Shown here piece by piece: positions 23,102 to 34,375 of a stretch of DNA of 64,000 nucleotides. A program made the translations under genes and the position numbers. A model generated the notes under the pieces. The model saw nothing but the letters and a program-made list of their open reading frames with translations. It searched no databases and was not told the DNA's origin. Position 1 is the stretch's first letter. Each line of letters opens with the position of its first letter. Source of the stretch: Rebecca billardiae RCC1528 (lineage: Eukaryota; Protista; Haptophyta); assembly GCA_965240325.2 (NCBI GenBank), contig OZ251225.1:1674001-1738000 (forward strand), in the 5' to 3' direction.

Positions 23102-24157
23102 CTCAGAAGTAGGCGGCCAGCCTGTCGCGTGTTATCGGCCGGCTACGGCACGGCTCTGAAGACTGCCGCTAATCAGTGTCGTCGCGCCCTCATTGACATC
23201 GCCTTCAGATGTAGCTAGTCGCGTCGTCGTCGATCTGAATATAAATCTGATGATATCTATAGATCGTCGCGTCGCGTGCAGACTGCATCAGCGGGCTATA
23301 GCACTGCAGCGTCGGTCGTCCCGGCCTGACTCCGCCTCGTCCGGTCCGGCCCGCTTATACGGTATACCGCTAGCTGCTAGCGCGCGGCGGCCTACAATAG
23401 CGCGCTAGCGCGCGGTGCGGCGGTGATGGCTATGCTAAGGCAAGTGAGCAGCGCCGCATAGCGGCAATAGCGCATCAGTACTAGCTAGTCGTAGTATATT
23501 AGTAGTAAGCTACCGCCTACATAGCTAGAAGTAGATAGCTACTAGAGAGAGAGAGAGAGAGAGAGAGCTGAGAGAGAACCGCGCACTTTGAATCGCGCTC
23601 TACAACCAGCCACCAGGTCTACTGCTAGCTAGCTGTCGGCGGCCAGTGTTGGAGCCATCCAGGGCGTAGGCCGGGCCGCGCCTCCGTCCGAAGCCGCGTC
23701 AGGCTGTCGACGGTGCTGTAGTTCAAGTCACTGATGTAGAGTTCGGGCTCGCGCCGTATAGGCGTAGGCTTCCGGGCGCAGCCCGTGAGTAGATATATGC
23801 AGCAGTACGTTGGCACCGTCGTAGCCTCGACAGACGACGACGGTGTGACGGTCGTGGCTGACGCGCCGTGGCCGTGGACCGTACTGGCGGCGTATATATC
23901 AGTAGTCGGTCATCATCATGCATCTGTGATAGCTGCAGTGCCCGTGACAGCCGCCGGCACGCGCTAACTGCGGAGGCCCGTACGTGGACCATGGCAGATA
24001 GACTGACGAATGAACAGACTGTGCTGCACACCTCGGCGAGGCACCGCCCCCCGCCGCGCGCGCACTCTTGTCGCTACCGCCGCCAACAGGCAACACACGG
24101 TGCGCTGCCTCGATCAGCCGTGTCCGCGACGCCAGCGAGATGATGGGACACTGACAC

Positions 24158-24286
24158 TCAGTCACCGCCATCGTTGAGGTTGAGCACGGCCATGAACGCC
24201 TCCTGCGGCACGTTCACCTTGCCGATGGTCTTCATGCGCTTCTTCCCCTTCGCCTGCTTCTGCAGCAGCTTCTTCTTCCGCGTGAT

Positions 24287-24324
<38 letters not shown>

Positions 24325-26622
24325 GGGGCGCAATCTGCGAGGAGGCGACCACCTGCGCCGCCGGACGGGTGCACACGCACGGCAGTGTGTTTGTGCGTGC
24401 GTGCGTGCGTGCGTGTGTGTGCGTGCGTGCGTGCGGGCGGGCGGGCCCGGGCCGCCGCGCAGCGAGTGCGCGCACCTTCGCGCCGATCGACGCCTGGATC
24501 GGCACCTTGAACTGCTGCCGCGGGATCAGCTCCTTGAGCGCGCGCGTGAGCTTCTTGCCGGTCGAGTGCGCCGAGTCCGCGTGCACGATCAGCGCGAGCG
24601 GCGGCGCGGGCTCATAGTTGATGAGCACGTCGAGCTTGACGAGCTTGTTCGTGCGGTACTCGATCGGCTTGTACTCGAGCGACGCGTACCCCTTCGAGCG
24701 CGACTTGAGCTCGTCGAAGAAGTCGGTGATCACCTCGGCGAGCGGCATCTCGTACTTGAGCGTGATCCGCCCCTCGGTCACAAACTGCATGTCTTTGAAC
24801 TCGCCGCGCCGCCCCTGGCACAGCTCCATCAGCGTACCCGAGTACTCGGCGGGCGCGAGCACCTCGAGCGCGACGTACGGCTCGGTGACGCGCTCGATCG
24901 TCGACGCGTCCGGCATCCGCGCCGGCGTGTCCACCGTGACCTCCTCGCCCGCGTGCGTGTACACCTTGTACACGACTGACGGCGCGGTCACGATCAGGTC
25001 GAGGTCGTACTCTCGCTCGAGCCGCTCCTGCACAATCTCCATGTGCAGGAGGCCGAGGAAGCCGCAGCGGAAGCCGAAGCCCATCGCGGAGCTCACGTCG
25101 GGCTCGAAGGTGAGCGCCGCGTCGTTCGTCTTCAGCTTCTCGATCGAGTCGCGCAGCTTGGGGTAGTCGTCCCCCACCGACGGGTAGAGTCCGCAGTAAA
25201 CCATCGGCACTGGCTCTCGGTAGCCCGGCAGCGGCGTGACCGACTGGTCTGAGGCGTACCTGCTCAGCGTGATCGTGTCGCCGACGCGCGCGTCCTGGAT
25301 CGACTTGATCGCGCCGGTGATGAAGCCTACCTCGCCCGAGCGCAGCACGTCCACCGGCCTCTGCGTCGGGGTCATCACGCCGACCTGCGCGCGCCGCCAC
25401 GGTCGGCAGCGCGCGCCGAGCGAGCGGGTGAGGGGGGGGCGCGCACGGCGGCGGCTGGTCGTCAGCCGCGGCGCGTGGCGATGGGCACGGCGGTGCGTGC
25501 GCAGCCCGCGCCCTCATGAGCTGAGCCAGCACCGCGCGCGCGCGCCCCCCGCGCTCCCCGCGCCGCGCACCTCGAGGCACTCCGCCTCGAACTTGGTCGC
25601 CATGAAGCGCAGCCTGTCTCCCTTCTTCACCTCGCCGTCCACGACGCGCACAAACACGACCACGCCGCGGTACGCGTCGTAGTAGCTGCCGGGCGTGGCG
25701 GGGGGTCCGGCGCGCGCGGGCGCGTGAGGAGTGGGCGCGCGCCGCGCGCGGGCGCCACGCCGCGCGCCGCGGCCGACGCTCGGCCGGTGCACACGCCCGC
25801 CCGACGGGCGCGCGCGCGCCGCGCGCGAGTCGCGATCGGCGCGCCGCGCGCGCACGAGTCAAACACGAGCGCGCGGAACGGCTTCTCGCGCGCCTCGGCG
25901 GGCGGGGGCACGCGCTCGACGATGGCCTCGAGGATCTCGTCGATGCCGATGCCCGCCTTGGCCGACGCCTGGATCGCGTCGGTGCAGTCCAGCCCGATGC
26001 ACGACTCCACCTCCGCCGCCGTTCGGTCCACGTCCGCGGCAGGCAGGTCAATCTTATTCATCACCGGGATCAGCTCGAGGTTCTGGTCGAGCGCGAGGTA
26101 GACGTTGGCGATGGTCTGCGCCTCGACGCCCTGCGACGCGTCGACGACCAGGAGCGCGCCCTCGCACGCCTGCAGCGAGCGCGCCACCTCGTACCCAAAG
26201 TCGACGTGGCCCGGCGTGTCGATCAGGTTGAGGATGTAGTCCTTGCCATCCGCCGCCTTGTAGTGCATGCGCGCCGCCTGCAGCTTGATGGTGATCCCGC
26301 GCTCGCGCTCGATGTCCATGTTGTCGAGGAGCTGATCCTTCATCTCGCGGTCGGTCACCGTGCCCGTGCGCTCGATCAGCCGGTCCGCCAGCGTCGACTT
26401 GCCGTGGTCAATGTGCGCGATGATGCAGAAGTTGCGGATCCGATCGGTCGGCACGCCCGTCTCCGCCCAGGACTCGGGGACGCCCGTCGGCTGGAGCGCG
26501 GTCATGCGCACCTGCCGCGCGCCACGCAGCGCGCTCGGCGGCTGGCCGACGCGCATGGCGTTCGCCAGCGCGCCGAGGCTGAGCGCCAGAACGAGGTGAT
26601 GACCGCGTCCTCTGAGCGCCAT
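24158..26622 (-). CDS. lepA: Translation factor EF4/LepA (GUF1), probably plastid-targeted, 4 exons (introns 25855..25686, 25570..25385, 24475..24353)
   Basis: [49 protein letters not shown] and [10 protein letters not shown]; N-terminal signal peptide plus transit-like peptide. Confidence 0.96.
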
Positions 26623-26794
26623 CCTGCTGCTTTCCAGCACTTTCGCGCCGGGCCGGGCCGTGCTTCCTGCGTGGTGTGCATCCGGGGCAACGTCGTCGTC
26701 TAGTACGTAGTACAGCGATTGAGATTCTCACGGGGCCGCCCATCAAACTGGTCTGATCAAGAGCAAGCGGCCGGGCGTCGTCAGGAAGCGCGCC

Positions 26795-27733
26795 ATGACA
26801 ATGGCGCGTGCTGCCCCCGTGGTGGCCCATGTGCGACGATTCGCCCGCCGCGCAGCACCCGCCACCGGCGCCGGGCGAAGGCGGCGTGGGGAGCGCGCGG
26901 ACTGCTCGGATATTGTCGAGCGCCGCGCCGCGTTCAGCGAGCAGCTCGCTGACGACAAGACGCCGTACGATCCGCACAAGCTGCAGGGCCTGCTGCGCGC
27001 CGGGTACAAGACGCGGCACAATCAAAAGGCGGCAGTGCTGCGCCGGCGCGGCGACGCGGCCGCGATCTTTCTGGGTTCGGGCCTCGACGCTGACTTCCCG
27101 CCAAACGAGCTGCCCGAGGTCGCGCTCATCGGCCAGTCCAACTGCGGCAAGTCGTCGCTACTGAACGCGTTCATCGGCTCGGTCACGGGCGAGGGCCTGG
27201 CGCCCGTGTCCCCGCGTGCCGGCTGGACGGCGCAGCTCGGCTTCTACGCGCTTGAAGCCGAGTATTACGAGGAGACCGAGCCGCGCCTCGTGCTCGTCGA
27301 CCTGCCGGGCTACGGCCCGGCCGTGGGCGACAAGGGCACGCGGCAGCGCTGGCGCCGTGCGATCAAGCAGTACCTGCGGGAGCGGCGGCAGCTGCTCTCG
27401 GTGCTGGTCCTCGTCGATTGCGAGCGCGGTCTGGAGGAGGACGACGAGCAGTTCCTCGCGGGGCTGCAACGCCGCGGCACGCCGCACGCCGTCGTGCTCA
27501 CGCGCTGCGACCTGCTACCGCCGGTGCAGCTCGCGCGCTGCCACTACCTCGTGACTCGCAGGCTCGAGGCGCTCGGCAGCCCCGCGGCCGACGACGTGCC
27601 GGCCGTGCGCGTGCTGACGGGCGTGGGCATCGAGGAGCTCTGGCTTCGGCTGCTCACGGGGGTGGTCAGCTGGGCGGAGCAGCAGCAAGAGTCGCAGCTG
27701 TCCCAGGAGACGGAGGTGTCGGGTCGTCACTGA
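26795..27733 (+). CDS. engB: EngB/YihA-family organellar ribosome-biogenesis GTPase
   Basis: LPEVALIGQSNCGKSSLLN, GWT, LVDLPGYG, LVD..RG and G4 TRCD. Confidence 0.88.
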   Translation: MTMARAAPVVAHVRRFARRAAPATGAGRRRRGERADCSDIVERRAAFSEQLADDKTPYDPHKLQGLLRAGYKTRHNQKAAVLRRRGDAAAIFLGSGLDADFPPNELPEVALIGQSNCGKSSLLNAFIGSVTGEGLAPVSPRAGWTAQLGFYALEAEYYEETEPRLVLVDLPGYGPAVGDKGTRQRWRRAIKQYLRERRQLLSVLVLVDCERGLEEDDEQFLAGLQRRGTPHAVVLTRCDLLPPVQLARCHYLVTRRLEALGSPAADDVPAVRVLTGVGIEELWLRLLTGVVSWAEQQQESQLSQETEVSGRH

Positions 27734-28046
27734 GACGATCTGACAGAGTGACACTGACAGACTCGACGGTGCACGTAGCGTCTAGCGACAAGAACGTGCG
27801 CGTTGCCAATAATGATGATGATGATGATGATGATATGCTCAGCAGCATAAGAGGCAATCGTCATCATCAGTAGTAGTAGCAGATAATTATTAATTTCTGC
27901 CACGACCTAATAAGTCATTCAGTGCCTGTCAGAGCATTGTCACTGTCATCCGTGGCGGTACGCCATGTCGATGTAGACCTGTCCAGGATGACGATGAGCT
28001 CAGACCTCAGTGATGATGACTGATGACGCGTTTCACCAATAATATA

Positions 28047-29015
28047 TCACCGCCGCCTGGCACTGGCCTGCTTCCCAGCCCCAGGCCCGGCGGAGTGCCT
28101 TGGCGGCGCCTGCGGCTGCCCTCGTTGCTTCGCCGCCTTGGCCTTCCCCGGCTTCTTCCCCGCCGCGGTCCGGAAGACTTTGCGGGCACCCTGACCTGTG
28201 CTCGTGCTGCCGAGCGAGCCGCGCTTTGCACTCAGCTTGCCGGCGTGCTTGTTGGCAGCCCTGCCGCCCGGCCTGCCCCCGGGCGCGGGGCTGTGCGGGC
28301 TGCGCGCGCGCTTGTGGGGCCGCGCCGCGTGCTGGGCGTGGTTGAAGTGCAGCCGGTCGGCGCGCGTGAGCTCGTCGTTCCCGTCCTTCTCCTCCTCCTC
28401 CTCCGGCTCCTCGTCAGTGTCGGAGCGCGGTCGCTTGCGCCCGGCCACAGGCGGTGTGAAGCCACTCCGGCTGCCGCCCCTCTGATCGACGGCGAGCGAC
28501 GCGGCGACGATGCGACGCTGCATGCCGACGTCCATGCCGGGGCGACCGCAGTCTTCCCCAAAGTGGCCGCGCTGCCCGCAGTTGTAGCAGAAGAGCCGGA
28601 GCGCCGGATCCTTGGTGTGCGTGCAGTCGAGATGGCCGCGTTCGCCACACACCATGCAGCGCACGCGCGCAAGGTCGTCTGCCGTGTACGACGGCTTCGT
28701 CATGCACGCGGCGGCGATGTGGCCGAAGCGGCGGCACTGCGAGCAGACGACCATGGTGCTGCCCTTCCCACGGCACTCCTTGCTCTGGTGCCCGGGCGTG
28801 CCGCACCGCCAGCAGCACTCCTGCGGGCAGTCGCGCGACTCGTGAGTCACGGACGCGCAGAGGTAGCACCGGCGCCTCCGGTCGCGATCACGGCGGCCGG
28901 TGCCCGGCGTAGGGAGGAAGTACCGACCGACGTGGCCGCCGCCACCCGCGGTCGCAGGCGACGTGGACGCGCGCCTGGACCGGCCGGGGTCTGGCGTTGA
29001 GGCGAGGATCACCAT
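28047..29015 (-). CDS. Five-CCHC zinc-knuckle protein (AIR1/2-ZCCHC7-like TRAMP subunit)
   Basis: GRYF followed by five CX2CX4H-type knuckles (the fourth has a shortened HX2C end); ATG at 29015. Confidence 0.8.
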   Translation of the reverse strand: MVILASTPDPGRSRRASTSPATAGGGGHVGRYFLPTPGTGRRDRDRRRRCYLCASVTHESRDCPQECCWRCGTPGHQSKECRGKGSTMVVCSQCRRFGHIAAACMTKPSYTADDLARVRCMVCGERGHLDCTHTKDPALRLFCYNCGQRGHFGEDCGRPGMDVGMQRRIVAASLAVDQRGGSRSGFTPPVAGRKRPRSDTDEEPEEEEEKDGNDELTRADRLHFNHAQHAARPHKRARSPHSPAPGGRPGGRAANKHAGKLSAKRGSLGSTSTGQGARKVFRTAAGKKPGKAKAAKQRGQPQAPPRHSAGPGAGKQASARRR

Positions 29016-29207
29016 GCTGACTTTCACCGACACGGGGCGACGACGGGGGAGGCTCGCCACTGCGGCACTGTGCAAACGCTCCTGGACCGATCCCCGGACA
29101 CCCAGGACTGACGTTTCATGCCTACCGACTGTTGCGCGCCCGGCCTGCGCTCTTTGCTGCGCTGCTGCGCTCACCCACGACCGGGGCCACCTCGGCACTG
29201 CAGCAAG

Positions 29208-32200
29208 ATGTCCTCGCGCGGCCGGCTGTCGAAAGCTGAGGGCGATCTGCTCGAGCCGAGCATCGGCGGGCCGTGGTGGAGCCCTCTGAGCGAGCATGCG
29301 GTGCTCGAGACACTCGCCGGCACCGCCGAGTTTGTGGACGATTCGTTTGCGACCGGCGAGCGCAGCGGCATGCCGTCTGAAAGTCCGCTGCCGAGCGACG
29401 CGGTCTGGCTGCGCCCGTCGAAGTGCATCGACGCGGAGGCGCAGCTCTTCAGCTCGGGTGACGCGCTCATCATCCAGCCGTACGGCGACCTCGACAACGA
29501 GGGCTTCCTCTCCGCGCTCGGCGCTGTCTCGACGCGCGCCGAGCTGATGCTTCGGCTGTTCCACTCGGTCGCCAACGCGCACCGCGGCATGTACACGCTG
29601 AACTTCTACGCGGGCGGCGCGTGGACGCCGGTGCTCGTGGATACGCTGCTCCCGTGCTCCGCCAACCGCGTGCCCGTCTTCTCCTCCTCCAACGCGCGCA
29701 CGGCGTACGCAGTGCCGCTGCTGGAGAAGGGATATGCCAAGCTGCGCGGCGGCTACTCGCGGCTCGCGCGCGACTCGATCGCCGACGCGCTGGTGGCGCT
29801 CACGGGCGGGAGCGTGCTGCGGCAGGAGCTGAGCGATGCCGAGATCGCGCAGAAGGCCGCCGACGGCGAGCTCGTCAAGGAGCTCAAGCACGCGGTGAAC
29901 GCGGGCGACGTCGTGTGCGTCCGGATGACGGACCGCCGACGCTCGGCGCTGCAGGACATGGGCCGACCGGCGTACGGCCTGCGCCGCGCGGAGTACTACG
30001 TGGTGCTCGGCTTCGCCACGGTGGGCTCGGCGTCGTTCGCGCGCGTCCACTCGCCCTGGGGCCCCGCGCCGTGGACCGGCCCGTGGGGCCCCGCGAGCAC
30101 CGAGTGGACGGCCGAGCCCGAGCGCGCGTCGCGGCTGCGCACCGAGCCGCTGCACTCGGACGCTCCCTCCGAGTTTTGGCTGCCGGCGCCGCTGCTGCAG
30201 CTCTTCGACGAGCGCGTGATCTGCCGGCTGTTCCGCGAGGTGCCGCAGCAGGCGGCCCTCGCCGATGGCTGGGACGCCGACACCGCCGGCGGCGCCCCGC
30301 GCGAGGTGCTGATCGGCGAGCAGGAGGCCATCGGCTCTGGCAAGTGGGCTACCAACCCGCAGTTTGTGGTCGCGCTCGACGACACACGCGCCGCGGCGCC
30401 CGCCGTCGAGGTGACGGTGTCGCTCGTGCGCGACATGCGCGCGGAGGTGGACGAGCTGGAGATCAAGCTCGCGCGCGCGCGCGCCGCCGCCGCCGAGGCC
30501 GCCCAGCTCGCGGAGAAGGCGGCGGAGCAGGCGGAGCTCGAGGCGGCGGGCGGCTTGCAAACGCCCGACTCGGCGGCCGCTGCGACCGCAGCGACCGCCG
30601 CCGCCGCCGCCGCCGAGGCGGCCGCCGCGGCGGCGGAGGCGCTGAGCACCGAGCCGACGAGCGTGGGCCTGCACCTCGTGCGCTCCGACGCGCGCGCCCG
30701 CGTCTGGGCCATCCAGCCCAAGGCGCTCGTCGCGAGCGCGCCCCTCTCCGGCGCGTCCGAGGTGACCCTCACCTTCACCGCATCCGCGCGCTACGTGTAC
30801 ACTCTGGTGCCCTCGACCGAACTCGCGGGAGAGGAGGCGCGCTTCCTGCTGCGCTTCTGGTGCGCGCGGGCGCTGACGGTGAGCAAGACGCGGCCGCTTG
30901 TGGTCGAGCGCGCGTACGGCATGTGGCACGGCCGCTCCGCCGGCGGGCCCGTCAGCTCGCGCACATGGAACTCAAACCCGCAGATGTGGCTCGCACTCCC
31001 TCGCCGTTCCTTCCTTCTCCTCACCCTCGAGCGACTGGACGACCACTCGGGCGCGCCGGCGACGGCGGAGGTGCACGAGCGGCCCGGGACGCCCTCGGAC
31101 GCGCGGCCGCCCTCGCTTGGGCCCGGCCAGACCGGCTCGAGCGGCGCGCTCTTCAAGACGCCGAGCAGCACCAACGCGCTCGCACCCGCCCGCCCCAGCA
31201 GCCGCGGCCAATCATTCAAGCGCCCAGGCACGAGCACGGGCGCGTCGTTTCGCGCCGACCGCGGCGGCCGGCGGGAGGCGGAGGTGATGGAGGACGTGGA
31301 CTGGGCGCTCGCGGCGAAGGACGGGGTGGGCGTCGGCGTCACGGTGCTGCGGGGCGACATCCCCGTCGAGACGCAGCGCAAGGTCCTGCGCAGGCCGACC
31401 ACGTCCACGGGCGGCGTCGGCGCTCGGTCGGGCTCGCCCTCGCGCGCCGGGCTGTCAACCGCGCCGGCCGGCTCGCGGCGCGGCGGCGGCGGCGGCGGCG
31501 GCATGGGCGGGCAGGGCACGGTGGATGAGGAGGGCGAGTACGCCGAGGGCGACTCGCCCGACACCGCGAACGAGCCCGTCCGCGCGGGCACCGCCACCAG
31601 CCTCACCTCCCGGGCCCCCTCGCCACGCACCGTCGCGCGCCGCCTCGACGATTCCTTCTTCTCGACGGCGGCGGCGCGCGACTGCTCCCGGCTGCCGCAT
31701 GAGCTCAAGCTGAAGGCGGCGCGCGCGGACCTGGTGGGGCAGGTGCGCCCCGGGCGCAGCCGGCGGTGTACGCTCATGTGCGCGCTCGCGCGCCCGCGCC
31801 ATGCTCCGGCGCGCGCGCGCGCGACCCCTTCGGCCGCGCGTTCTCGCCAAGCGCCATGACGGGCGCGCTCACGCGCCGCGGGCCGCCACCCGCCTGCCCC
31901 CTCGGCCTCCGCGCCGCCCTCTGCGCGCCCTCCTCCGCCTGTGCGCTGTGCTACGCGCGCGCAGGCTCAACCTCGACGGCGACCGGCCGTACGTGATCGT
32001 GCCGTCCCTCGGCGACGCGGGGGTCGAGGCGCGGTTCAGACTGACCATCTACTCCGCGTTCGGCGCGACGATCACGCCCATCTCGCCCGAGGAGCACCTG
32101 ATCGCGCACGGGCGGTGGACGGTGCGCGCGCGCATGCCGCCGCCGCGCGCGCCGCGCGCCGCGCCGCGTCGGCAGGCGAGCGCCGCGCACGGCGCTCAGA

Positions 32201-32740
32201 CGTGTGCCCCCGGCGCGGGCGTGCGCCCACCTGCCGCAGGAGAAGACCTCGACGGGGTGCCACCTCGACTACTGGTCCGAGCGGCTGCAGCGCTGGATGC
32301 GCAACTCGCGCTTCATGTCCAACCCGCAGTTCCAGCTCCGGATCGAGAAGGAGGCGGATGTGCGCATCCGCGTGCAGCGCTCGCGGCTCACGCGCGTCGC
32401 GGACGAGGCGGAGATCGCCGACCGCGCGCTGCTCCTGCGCTCGACGGAGCGGTACTACTCGGAGATGATCGGGCTGTACGTGTTCCGCGCGCCCAGCCTC
32501 GAGGCCGGCGAGCGGCTGCGCATGTCGCAGAAGGGCTACGTCTCGCTCAGCGTCGTGAAGGAGGTGCCGTTTGTGCCGATGGACCACGTCGAGGCGACCG
32601 TCCGGCTCAAGCCGCTCGACGGCGACAGGCCGTACGTGCTCATCCCGTGCGTCTTCGGCGCGGGGCTCGCGGGCAACTTCACGCTCGAGGTGACGAGCGA
32701 GGCGACGATGAGGCTGCACGCGGTGGACGACGCGGCGTGA
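29208..32740 (+). CDS. Calpain-like pseudoprotease with repeated domain-III (C2L) modules; introns near 31743-31964 (junction uncertain) and 32122..32239
   Basis: FVDDSF, VWLRP, VLVDTLLP, LLEKGYAKL.GGY, ALTGG and three NPQ domain-III motifs; catalytic C/H/N residues replaced. Confidence 0.85.
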
Positions 32741-33136
32741 GATCGATCGTCGCATCATCAATCAATACGACATCATCATCGTCATCGCATGTCGAGGACG
32801 GTCATCGTAATTCGTATGCGGACGAACAGCTCGAGGCAGGGCGTTACGCAATACGCCTTACAGTTTACTATGATTGAACGTGCACACTTGGTTAAGGCGT
32901 GATTAATAACGCCATTTAGGATCGCGTGATGAATTGACGCCCCGCGGCCCGCCCCGGCGGGCCCGACGTGTCGGCTGCACAGGCACGTATCATGCGCACC
33001 AGGCCAAAACTCGTCGTTATTTTAGTTAGCGTCTAGCTATGGCTCGAATTCGAGCAGCATTTCCATTCTATCTCCCCGCCTGGCCGAATAACACGACGTC
33101 GTCATAGTCGTCATAGATAGCGGGATGCATAGGCGT

Positions 33137-33222
33137 GGCGACGGCTTCATGGGCGGTGACAGTTGGCGGGCGTCAATCTCGCCTGCCTGAGCTGTGTGCG
33201 TCTCTTATTCTTATAGTAAACT
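33137..33222 (+). repeat. Dispersed ~85-bp repeat, copy 1 (copy 2 at ~60885-60968)
   Basis: GGCGACGGCTTCATGGGCGGTGACAGTTGGCGGGCGTCAATCTCGCCTGCCTGAGCTGTGTGCGTCTCTTATTCTTA is identical at both sites. Confidence 0.92.
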
Positions 33223-33549
33223 GTAGTCGCTGTCGTTACACTTACATCCGATCACAGCAATAATCACATTTCCGACGACGTCATCCTAAGGCACGGTCAC
33301 GGACATCATTCATCATTCAATCGATGCTGATAGACTACTGCTCACCATCATCGATGATCGATCTACTACTGCCTGATGATGCTTATTAGTCTGTCATGCA
33401 TAGTCTTTCAGTCTCATTATTGTCGGCGTCGCCGGTCCTCTGAGTGCCGTCCGACGACGCAATAATTTCGGTCTCATTGGCATCGGCGTCGCCGGTCCTC
33501 CCGATGACTGAGTGGTCCGACGCAATATACTAATTTCGTGATGTCAAGC

Positions 33550-33551
<2 letters not shown>

Positions 33552-33603
<52 letters not shown>
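33552..33603. repeat. (TA)n microsatellite
   Basis: Seen directly. Confidence 0.98.
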
Positions 33604-33605
<2 letters not shown>

Positions 33606-34375
33606 GATCATATCGTCGACGATATTATTGTCTGATTGATATTATTCTGTGTGCTACTGCTCGTCACGATCTCGGCTGCGTAAGTCAGACTACACTATGT
33701 AGTCAGTGACTACAGGCCGTAAGCCGTAGTCGCGTGACTGACTAGTCACTATTCACTAACTGCCGGCTCACTGAGTAACTCAAACTGTGACTGCTGTTGT
33801 CAGTGATGTCATCATTCAGATTGCAATGTCAACATCAGTTGACAATGACACTGACAGCTGAGTGAGTCAGTCGCGACAGTCGTGTGAGTACTGTCTGCTG
33901 ACGAGTGTCAATGATCGAATTCGTCCAGGCTTCAGTGTATCAGTCAGGCCGGACACTCGGACAGTCGGTCTTATATGACCCGCCGCGTACGCACATCCGC
34001 CCGGCACATCGAAGCTATCGGACGGGGCAGCGTGAAAGATCGATGGCGATCTTGATGGGAGAAACTGCAGTGCATCATGGACAGAGCTCGTCGTGCGCGC
34101 ACCCGACAGCGCGAGGTCTTGATTGAGGCTTGAATGGCCGGGGCGGTCCGCGCTGAGTCCGGGCGTCAGTCAGCGACGGCGTGAGGCCGGAGCGACAACA
34201 GCCACGGCTCGGCTTGGCCGCTGAGGCGGTGGCAATGTGGCATCGAGCGCAGAGCACGAGACGCAAGCCGAGAGCAAAGCCGGTCGCGCGCGAGGTGCCG
34301 CGCGCCCGGAGGCTTTGGCAGCTGGCGGCTCGGCGGCGCGGCAGGAGCCAGCCACGGGAGCTCGGCGCCGCGCGC

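Noticed and set aside
29016-30929. Long minus-strand ORF extension (960 aa) and similar long ORFs (20417-22273, 43508-44734, 46257-48377)
   Set aside because: Antisense shadows of GC3-rich real genes; only 28047-29015 has domain support.
33137-33222. Possible SECIS element (GTGA...TGAG hairpin)
   Set aside because: Helix spacing does not fit, and no in-frame UGA selenoprotein was found upstream.
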